IMG/VR virus record: IMGVR_UViG_3300035698_011327
Location: 1 to 64,000 of that record
Reading direction: 5' to 3' (one strand)
Origin: a virus
Length of the DNA stretch: 64,000 nucleotides
Positions 56,621 to 64,000 of the stretch are shown piece after piece. Every line of letters starts with the position of its first letter. Position 1 is the first letter of the stretch. A program made the position numbers and the translations under genes. The notes under the pieces are model-generated. The model was given only the letters and a program-made list of their open reading frames with translations, was not told where the DNA came from and did no database searches.

Positions 56621-56917
56621 TCAACTCCTCAGTACCATCATCTTTTTATTAAGAAGCTCAATCTCTTTCTTCATTCTTCTAAGCATATCTTTAATATCTA
56701 AAGGCATTGGCTTATTATCATACCGATCTTCTATCTTCCAAATTCTATCTTGAAGCTGGTTAATGCGATCTTCAACGATCTTATTATCAAGACGCATAGA
56801 TAAGAGCTTAACTTCTTCCGTCTTGGCAAAATGACAATAGCCCTTGTATGTGCTACCTCCAAGAGCTATCATCCCAATTAAAACACCGATTATAAGGCTT
56901 GCTTTTTTAAGAGTCAT
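56621..56917 (-). CDS. membrane-anchored coiled-coil protein (lysis accessory)
   Basis: N-terminal TM helix, next to the holin. Confidence 0.5.
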   Translation of the reverse strand: MTLKKASLIIGVLIGMIALGGSTYKGYCHFAKTEEVKLLSMRLDNKIVEDRINQLQDRIWKIEDRYDNKPMPLDIKDMLRRMKKEIELLNKKMMVLRS

Positions 56918-56934
56918 AAGCCCTCCAATATAAT

Positions 56935-57573
56935 TTACATACCAAGTTTGTTTTTAGCCATAGCTAAAATAGAACCTATCCCTCCAGCTTGTTTGACTTT
57001 TTCAACTCCCCTTGAAGCGGCGCTAACACCAAGGACAGCAGACCAGAATATATAGATACTATCTGGAATATGCGCCCAAGTAAAGGTAAATTCTGTAACG
57101 ATGGCGGCGGCATTGGCTGCTAAGATTTCTGCATTCTTTGCTAAGACCCATCCTTTAATCACCGCTATGACGATTTGAGAAACAAAATAATCAAAGAAAA
57201 TGGTGGTGCCAAACAGATAACCATTATAAGGTCTCCATCCAGCTTTCCATCCTTTCCCGTGCATAACTTCTGCTTGAATAGTCTTATTCACTTCAGACAT
57301 GTGCTCATATTCAGCTTGGATTCGTTTCGTCTCCTCTTGTTCAATAGCTACACGATATTCAAGCAATGATTCTTTATACTGAATAGCAAGCTCTGGCTTA
57401 GCATCAATTTCTTCTAATATCTTATCAGGATCTTTTTGTCCTGTAATAGTCATACCCATATCTATTACTTTTTCAGCTACATCTTCAGCCTTATCGCCCA
57501 TAAGCTTCCCAATAAGAGCTGGAGCGAACTTGGTTGCTAATTGAATTGCTATCGGTATAAGCATCGGTAACAT
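56935..57573 (-). CDS. holin of the 3TM/GTA type
   Basis: WKAGWRPYNG, TM segments, LGVSAASRGVEK. Confidence 0.7.
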   Translation of the reverse strand: MLPMLIPIAIQLATKFAPALIGKLMGDKAEDVAEKVIDMGMTITGQKDPDKILEEIDAKPELAIQYKESLLEYRVAIEQEETKRIQAEYEHMSEVNKTIQAEVMHGKGWKAGWRPYNGYLFGTTIFFDYFVSQIVIAVIKGWVLAKNAEILAANAAAIVTEFTFTWAHIPDSIYIFWSAVLGVSAASRGVEKVKQAGGIGSILAMAKNKLGM

Positions 57574-57582
57574 TGTTCCCCC

Positions 57583-58008
57583 CTAACTGATTAACTCAAA
57601 ATGTACAAGGTCTTGAAAGTCTTGGTCTGTCATCGCCTCTCCGTCCATGTCCCAATCACCACCCCACCGGATTCTTACTCCCATGTGAGCCCCAACTCCG
57701 CAGACAACTCCTGCTAAATATATACAATGTCTAGCGTCCCAAGAGATTGCGCCTCTTATGAATGGGGCAGCATCAACTGCCAAAGACAGGTCATTAGGTT
57801 CGACTACATTGTGCTTCCCTAATGGCCATTTTAGTCTCGACTTGCCGTTTTTATAGAATTTGTTCTGACGCTCTTTTGACCTTACGCCTTCTACAATAGA
57901 AACATCCATAATCCCTGCTTCTATGACAGAATAGAAAACTCTCTGAATACTTAGGTTACAGGTCTGAAGTCGCTCCATAGACCTTCTGCCGTAAGAATAT
58001 CTACTCAT
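57583..58008 (-). CDS. endolysin, M15 L-Ala-D-Glu peptidase
   Basis: EGVRSKERQ, KH.......AVD, IRWGGDW, DLVHFEL; start at 58008 (MSRYSYG). Confidence 0.85.
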   Translation of the reverse strand: MSRYSYGRRSMERLQTCNLSIQRVFYSVIEAGIMDVSIVEGVRSKERQNKFYKNGKSRLKWPLGKHNVVEPNDLSLAVDAAPFIRGAISWDARHCIYLAGVVCGVGAHMGVRIRWGGDWDMDGEAMTDQDFQDLVHFELIS

Positions 58009-58366
58009 CTTGTTTTTCCTCTTTCGACACAAGTATGTCCTTACAAGTATCGCAGTAATTGAATCCATAAAGAAGTTGTAAAGGATATGCTAAAATCTCC
58101 CACCAGCTATCGCCAGCTTCAAACATCAGACATCGCATCTTATCGCAGCCTTTAATTCCATGGACGTGTCCAAGCTCGTGGTTAATGATTGCGCTAGTGA
58201 AAAAATCACGCAATCCGAACCAAGTCGGTATCCATTTAGGTGGATAAACATCAACCCAATACATATTGCCTTTGAATCGATATTGACCTGGCATAAAGAA
58301 TGATAGCCATCGTGGCTCTATATTAATATCGCATTTATCTGGTATAGGCGATCTGTATTTTATCAT
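58001..58366 (-). CDS. metzincin/archaemetzincin-like small metalloprotease
   Basis: HELGHVHGIKGC....CLM and C-terminal CDTC. Confidence 0.6.
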   Translation of the reverse strand: MIKYRSPIPDKCDINIEPRWLSFFMPGQYRFKGNMYWVDVYPPKWIPTWFGLRDFFTSAIINHELGHVHGIKGCDKMRCLMFEAGDSWWEILAYPLQLLYGFNYCDTCKDILVSKEEKQDE

Positions 58367-60579
58367 GTCGCTACCCTCCACCATCTTTGAAAAATCGTCT
58401 CCCCTTGAATCTTCCGATCAATTAAGATACACTTTTCACCAGACCAACCAGCTCCATCTGAACTCGCCCCTTCTTCTACGGTCAGCGCCCCAGCATCCCC
58501 TTCATACACATCGTACCCTTCCCAAATAGGAGTAGTTCTTTCAACTATATCATGACGGAAAGCATGAAGGTCAATATAGCGATTCGCAAGAATCCTAGCA
58601 GACGCTTCACCTTGAACATCAGGGTATTTCAAAACCACTTGGGCACGTGATCCATATTGATAATAAGACTTTTCAAGTGAAGATGAATTTGTCCTATCTA
58701 GAGTCAACTCTAATTCATATTTACCTGTTGCTGGATTTAAGCCGTACTGAATCAATAAATCATTGCACACTTTATCGTCTGGCGTCCTGGAAATTTTCAC
58801 AGTAGATCCAACTTGATCAAATCTTTTAGGCTGAACCAAGGTTGGACCATTAGCGTTAACGCCAACGACAGATATTTTGCCACGTTTTTGAATTCGTGTA
58901 TAACTACATTGATTCAAAATTCTATCGATGACGTTTAAAACCTCTGTTGTGCTATTTATGATTGTAGCAAAATTTAAGCCAGGTAGCAGTGCCTTCATCG
59001 TCTTTAAAGATTCTACCCCAATATCGTCGGTTGAAAGATCTGTGTAGTGCTCTAAAAGATAGTAAACAATGTCTGCTGGGTGTTCAATTAAACTTCCAGC
59101 AGTACCAGTTATTGTTCCAATTCCATCTTCCAAGCCTTGAATTGAGCACGATAAAGGTTCGCTTGCCACTTGGTCTGAAGTGAAATCAAAATAGGCGACT
59201 ACATTACCTTCGCTATCAGTTCCAGATGGGTAGAAAGTAAAACCTGCCGCAGAAATAACAGCACCGTCCTTATCGTAAGAATTTTCAGTTGTGGCTGTAT
59301 ATTCAGCATCGGTTGAAATTGACACACCAGCCATAGCAAGATACTTAAATCCAGACGTATCTATGCATCTCAACGGGATACCTCTCGACCAATCTCCAAA
59401 AACGATAGCTTGTGGCAAGCCAGCTACAGACCCACCACCGCCAGCAGTCCTATGGATAGGCCATGTGTCTTCATTAATCGTTGTGCTTGGTACTACGCCA
59501 AATTGAACTAGTGGCTGTTCAGCAAGAGAAAATGAATATGTAAACTTATCGTGATATTTTTTACGGAATATGCCACGGAAGATCACTCCTTCAATGTCTA
59601 TATCAGCCCACTCTAATCCATCAGCCCAGATGTAAACAGATCCAGAAGAACCATCTAGCCGCCGACGCACTTCTTGGTCTTGGAATCTATCGTCGTTAGC
59701 GACATTAAAAGTGATTTCTCGGAGAGAAGTGGATTGTGATTCAAAATTATAGGATGAGGCGATAGATACTTCATTTAACATCTTCCCTTCAAACAACCTA
59801 TTATGTCCAGTAGCACCGGAAGGGGAATTATAAAGGGCTTTTATTTCATTTGTGGTCAATGCCTTATCGTAGATTCTAATTTCATCTAATCTTTCACCTG
59901 GCAAATCAGCAGAGGCAAAAAACTCTAAGTTGGTTATAACTGTAAAATCTTCAAGGGGTGTATTCGGTGGAGCAATTGGAGTTATGTATTCCGCATCAGT
60001 ATACACTCGCATCTCATCATTTGTTCGATCATAGATAGCAACATTGTGAACCCACTCGTCGTAAGGAATATAACCGCCTTTCCATATAGAGTGTCCGACC
60101 CCTGTGTTTTCACCGAACCAGAAACCAGTGCCGGAACCTGTATCGGTACCATGCTCAAATCTAAATTGATTACCATCAAAAAGAAACGAGATAAGGTCAG
60201 CGAAGCTAAGTTCTATAGAGGGTCGCCACCAAAATGAAAAGCTAAAATCCCCTGTCTCAAATGCCGCTTTCATATTATTTGATGGTGTAGCAATCGTTAT
60301 AATTCCAGCCGCACCCTCTTGTAGACAAGATCCGACAACACCAGATGGATACGTCACAGCCCCGGCAACGCTCCCATCATTCCCACTGCCACTATAATCT
60401 TTAACGTCACCATTTAACGGCCAATAGCCAACCAAGTTGTCGTCGCTCGGCATTCTTGCGCCGGGATGCTCTACCATGATATTCTCAGTAGACCACCGTT
60501 TTACAAGTCCTTCAAAATCAATCTCTACAAGCATGCGAGTGGATCGTGCAGCTTTCAATTTATCTGAGATAGTAGACAT
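58363..60579 (-). CDS. tail protein with LamG/concanavalin-like domain
   Basis: LVGYWPLNG...DYSG, FSFSFWW, LDEIRIYDKALT.NEI..LY inserted in a hub-like protein. Confidence 0.75.
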   Translation of the reverse strand: MSTISDKLKAARSTRMLVEIDFEGLVKRWSTENIMVEHPGARMPSDDNLVGYWPLNGDVKDYSGSGNDGSVAGAVTYPSGVVGSCLQEGAAGIITIATPSNNMKAAFETGDFSFSFWWRPSIELSFADLISFLFDGNQFRFEHGTDTGSGTGFWFGENTGVGHSIWKGGYIPYDEWVHNVAIYDRTNDEMRVYTDAEYITPIAPPNTPLEDFTVITNLEFFASADLPGERLDEIRIYDKALTTNEIKALYNSPSGATGHNRLFEGKMLNEVSIASSYNFESQSTSLREITFNVANDDRFQDQEVRRRLDGSSGSVYIWADGLEWADIDIEGVIFRGIFRKKYHDKFTYSFSLAEQPLVQFGVVPSTTINEDTWPIHRTAGGGGSVAGLPQAIVFGDWSRGIPLRCIDTSGFKYLAMAGVSISTDAEYTATTENSYDKDGAVISAAGFTFYPSGTDSEGNVVAYFDFTSDQVASEPLSCSIQGLEDGIGTITGTAGSLIEHPADIVYYLLEHYTDLSTDDIGVESLKTMKALLPGLNFATIINSTTEVLNVIDRILNQCSYTRIQKRGKISVVGVNANGPTLVQPKRFDQVGSTVKISRTPDDKVCNDLLIQYGLNPATGKYELELTLDRTNSSSLEKSYYQYGSRAQVVLKYPDVQGEASARILANRYIDLHAFRHDIVERTTPIWEGYDVYEGDAGALTVEEGASSDGAGWSGEKCILIDRKIQGETIFQRWWRVAT

Positions 60580-63017
60580 TAAAGGGTTTCCTTAAGCTTT
60601 ATACTAAAATCAAACATATCGCCATATCTGTGTTTTTGTTCTATGTCGCCTATCAGCTTCACTAGATAACAGTCAGTTAGAGTGTCAGAGTCAGGAACCA
60701 TAGCAATAGACTTCCCATCTATATAATCAGCTAATGCGATCACTTCCTCTCTAGTGTCGTCACTACCTGTCCAATCAAGTTGAAAAGCCCTTCGTCTTTC
60801 CGCACCCTTAATAGGTATCATTCCACCATATGGAGTCTCAAGGTAAGTAATGTCACGGATGTTTGTTTTTCCATATCTTGGTGCCCATGGTCTTGTAAGC
60901 GTGATTGCTTCTCCTATTACCATCGCACCTATCTGATAATAGTCATCGGCGGTCTGTTGGGCCGGGATCGAAATCCGGACAAATTGATAAAGCCCCCCGG
61001 TAAAAGTCTTCACAATGGACCCCTGAAAGATTGCAAACGCATCCCCATTTTCAATCCCTGAAGCCGCCGTTGTGTCAAGGACAATATAATCCCCCACATT
61101 GTCCTTGATCTTCCAGGTCGCGCCTGATCTGGCCACCCCCGCTTCAATATCCTGAAGGTATAGACCCTTCAATTCGTGGTCCTTATAATTAGCTAAAAGG
61201 GAAGTGTCTTTCACCGTATTTCCATTGGCCGCTTCATCCGCTTCCCCGGTGGCCAGATCAAAAGATACGGATTCATCAATGGTTGGGGCCCCCCATGAAT
61301 CGGTAGCATTCATCTGAAATGAAAGGGCCCGGATATTACATCCAAAAAAACCCACTCCGGAAGCCTTGAACCTTTCATTAATCCCCAGATCAATAACGAT
61401 ATTACATTCCGCCCCATCCGTTTCAGACCGCCAGGGCTTAGAGGGTGAGTCAGATATGATATTGGACATAGCATATTGATACTTAGGTTCAAATGTCCAC
61501 TTATCGCCGACTATGCCTGCACCACCATGCCATACGACTTTCACTCCACAGGCTAACAGCGTTTCTTGTGCTGAGGATGGGACTGTAATTGCATTAGCTG
61601 AATATGGTTCGAATCCACCTCTGCTTACGGCTTGAATAGTCGTATTATTATCAGACCAAATACAAAATATCTTACCGGCTTCATTAGACACTAAATCTGG
61701 AAAGGATACAGAATTTCCAGCATTGTGTAACTCAGTCGGGGTACTGGCATTGAATGTATATCCTTTATCTATCGATTTACACAATTCAATTGTTTCATTT
61801 GTAGCATCATTAGCCACAGCATAAATGACACCAGCAAGATCTGTGAATATATGGGGGTCTCTCATATTGCCAACAAAATCAATAATATCGATCCTGCTAC
61901 TCCAAGTAGCCCCGCTATCAGTGCTGATCTTGCCCTTTATATCGTAATCGCCAGCTGAGGCAATATCAGTCTCATATGCTACTAAAATATCACCATCTTG
62001 ATTTACACAAATAGCACCTCTACTGTCGGCATCTGAATCGACATCGATTGGAGTTGCTGACCAAGAGTTCCCACCATCGTCTGAAAATCGCACCATAACA
62101 TTTGAAGTATATGCAACAACCATCACAATCCGACCCCCAGGAAGGACCGCAATATCACCAAAATATATATCTGGAAGGGAAACCAAATTAGACCATGTAT
62201 CGCCATCATCATCTGAATAAAAGATTGCACTTGTGGAACTTGGTGCGCTAGCACTTATAATCAGCCTTCCACTCCCTAAAGTACAAATCCCATAAACTAC
62301 ATAACCACTTGCTATTGCTTGCTCTATATAAATAGGGCTATTCCAAGATAACCCGCCATCAGTAGACTTAATTGCGATAACATCGTAGCTTCCAACGTCA
62401 TCTACCCACGTAGCAACTACAAGGTCACCATTTTGAGCAAGAGTGGACCGTCTTGTTACGTTTGACCAACAAGCATCAGCAATATCAGAAACTTCTGTCT
62501 CATCTGGCCATGTAGCTGTGTCTGGGTCGTCACCGCCAAAATAATTACTACCGCCATCGTGAGAAAATTTAAAAGTAGCAGTTCCAGCATCGCCTCCAGC
62601 GATTAATTCTGCTATGAAGTCTCTGGTAGCATAGTGAAGCGTCAACGTGAAAGTATCACTGGTAGTGGTGGAAGTTACAGCGCCAACCCATGTTAGCGTC
62701 CCAGTAGATTTAGTGAAATCAGTTATTGTTGCAGTCCCAGATGTATTTGCTCCAGTCAAGAATGTAATTACAGCGCCAATAAACCAATCATCTCCAAACG
62801 CTGCTAAAGAAGAATCAACCATTGTGGTGGTAGACCCATTACTAGTAGCTGTTCCTGAATTAACATAATCCGCAATATCGCCTTTTGAGATTAACCGGAA
62901 GCTTCCTGTGTTTGCAGAATTAGAGGCTGGTTGACCGATAAACACTCCATCCTGTTCTGTAGCAGAAAGAAAGTCGCTATCTTCCAAAATATTTTCAGCT
63001 ATGAGTTTAGTTGTCAT
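60579..63017 (-). CDS. tail protein with BNR/Asp-box (sialidase-like propeller) repeats
   Basis: repeated S.D.G.[ST]W motifs. Confidence 0.75.
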   Translation of the reverse strand: MTTKLIAENILEDSDFLSATEQDGVFIGQPASNSANTGSFRLISKGDIADYVNSGTATSNGSTTTMVDSSLAAFGDDWFIGAVITFLTGANTSGTATITDFTKSTGTLTWVGAVTSTTTSDTFTLTLHYATRDFIAELIAGGDAGTATFKFSHDGGSNYFGGDDPDTATWPDETEVSDIADACWSNVTRRSTLAQNGDLVVATWVDDVGSYDVIAIKSTDGGLSWNSPIYIEQAIASGYVVYGICTLGSGRLIISASAPSSTSAIFYSDDDGDTWSNLVSLPDIYFGDIAVLPGGRIVMVVAYTSNVMVRFSDDGGNSWSATPIDVDSDADSRGAICVNQDGDILVAYETDIASAGDYDIKGKISTDSGATWSSRIDIIDFVGNMRDPHIFTDLAGVIYAVANDATNETIELCKSIDKGYTFNASTPTELHNAGNSVSFPDLVSNEAGKIFCIWSDNNTTIQAVSRGGFEPYSANAITVPSSAQETLLACGVKVVWHGGAGIVGDKWTFEPKYQYAMSNIISDSPSKPWRSETDGAECNIVIDLGINERFKASGVGFFGCNIRALSFQMNATDSWGAPTIDESVSFDLATGEADEAANGNTVKDTSLLANYKDHELKGLYLQDIEAGVARSGATWKIKDNVGDYIVLDTTAASGIENGDAFAIFQGSIVKTFTGGLYQFVRISIPAQQTADDYYQIGAMVIGEAITLTRPWAPRYGKTNIRDITYLETPYGGMIPIKGAERRRAFQLDWTGSDDTREEVIALADYIDGKSIAMVPDSDTLTDCYLVKLIGDIEQKHRYGDMFDFSIKLKETL

Positions 63018-64000
63018 ATGTCAATTCCTGCTTCTACCTGATTTACAGTTTCATACTGATTTCCTACCCTATTTGTCTGCGTCTTATTCATCCGATTTGC
63101 GAACCAAGTGTCTATATCGTCAGTTGTTATTATGCCTTTATTTATAAACGTAGCACCTTGAGATCCACCTACTATCTCTACAGGGATTGTCCCTCCACCT
63201 TGTAAAGGAACGACTGCTTCATCACCATGAAGAGTTGCATTATATCCTGATTCTGGCCCTCTTGAAATGCCGCCGTACCTATACTCGTTCGATGACACTC
63301 CACTTGCTGATATACTCTTACTCATCCTTAAGTCTCCAGCAAGTGCTCCAAGTGTAGAAAAAAGCCCATTGTCGTCCATACCAAGAAAGGAGATACTAGC
63401 CCCGGCATCCTGATCAGTGCTACTCCTTATAGCTGATCCAAAAGTCCTTGACATGCCCATCCTTGCCGCTTTACTACCAAGACGACTAGCCAGCCTTGAA
63501 CTGGCTGAACCTACCCAAGCTCCGCTAGCACCTGGGCCGCCAGCAGCAAATGCCCCTGTCCCTGATGTTGCGGCATTCCCTCCAGCTCCAACGGCTGTTT
63601 GTGGCACCGAGCCAGCATTACCAATACCCTGTGCTACATTTCCTGCAACATATGTGGCAAACCCAGCCACATAAGCACGTTCTATGGTCTCTTTGAGATC
63701 CCTTTCATTCATTTGGCTTGCAAATGCTGACCCAAGAGCAGCCCCTACTGGCCCACCAAAAAAGGCTCCTGCGATTGGAAGGACAACATCTGCCATCAGC
63801 TTTGGGTTCAGCAGACCACTAGTTTTCATGAAATCGCTGACGCCACCCATAACATCGCTAACGCCACCCATAACATCGCTAAACACTGAAAACTGAGGAA
63901 GGCCAGTTGCGGGATTAATTGTACCAGACCCACCTATAGCCATAAGCAATGCTGCCTCTTCAGGATTAATATGAGCCAAAAGAGTATCACCGTGCTGGCC
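63014..64000 (-). CDS. tape-measure-like protein, C-terminal part (runs off the window)
   Basis: Gly/Ala-rich; AHINPEEA, GSGTINPATGLPQF, GGISRGP...LHGDEAVVPL; frame open to the window end. Confidence 0.6.
   Translation of the reverse strand, partial: GQHGDTLLAHINPEEAALLMAIGGSGTINPATGLPQFSVFSDVMGGVSDVMGGVSDFMKTSGLLNPKLMADVVLPIAGAFFGGPVGAALGSAFASQMNERDLKETIERAYVAGFATYVAGNVAQGIGNAGSVPQTAVGAGGNAATSGTGAFAAGGPGASGAWVGSASSRLASRLGSKAARMGMSRTFGSAIRSSTDQDAGASISFLGMDDNGLFSTLGALAGDLRMSKSISASGVSSNEYRYGGISRGPESGYNATLHGDEAVVPLQGGGTIPVEIVGGSQGATFINKGIITTDDIDTWFANRMNKTQTNRVGNQYETVNQVEAGIDI

Noticed and set aside
59655-59675. VRRRLDG inside the LamG tail protein as another tag
   Set aside because: Internal to a probably folded virion domain; a single match is expected by chance
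12094-63896. Numerous antisense and frame-shifted shadow ORFs in the ORF track
   Set aside because: Fully nested in well-supported genes on the opposite strand or another frame
1-64000. Stop-codon reassignment, integrase/prophage boundary, rRNA
   Set aside because: Genes are full length in the standard code with all three stops used, no suppressor tRNA, and no integrase, host genes or rRNA are seen

Overview
A 64-kb segment of a large, apparently lytic tailed dsDNA bacteriophage of a bacterial host (sigma70-type TTTACT-N17-TATAAT promoters, AAGGAGGTGAT ribosome-binding sites, DnaE-type polymerase). The + strand (1-51.4 kb) carries repeated early promoters, a repeat-rich non-coding block (1.4-2.4 kb), many small early genes, a ~1.2-kb structured non-coding transcription unit (5.4-6.6 kb), a Ycf46-like AAA module, a sigma-like factor, nucleotide-metabolism genes (thyX, truncated purA-like, HAD), about 8 tRNAs plus several tRNA-like RNAs, and a replication/recombination block (intein-containing DnaE fused to a family-4 UDG domain, SSB, RecA, 5'-3' exonuclease, RuvC, split SbcC with SbcD, three paralogous HNH endonucleases). 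The - strand (51.4-64 kb) carries tail, lysis and virion-modification genes. Best candidates for new biology: (1) four tandem RNA modules with a shared covarying clasp and swappable tRNA-mimic cargo directly upstream of a divergent TROVE/Ro60-like vWA protein; (2) a short peptide tag R-[RK]-[ILM]-D on about ten mostly unrelated phage proteins, including a loop of DnaE; (3) the giant ncRNA; (4) a covarying three-way-junction leader RNA in front of HNH-type reading frames; (5) a second permuted tRNA mimic with hexamer repeats behind a coiled-coil gene. All family assignments come from motif recognition by eye; no database searches were run.
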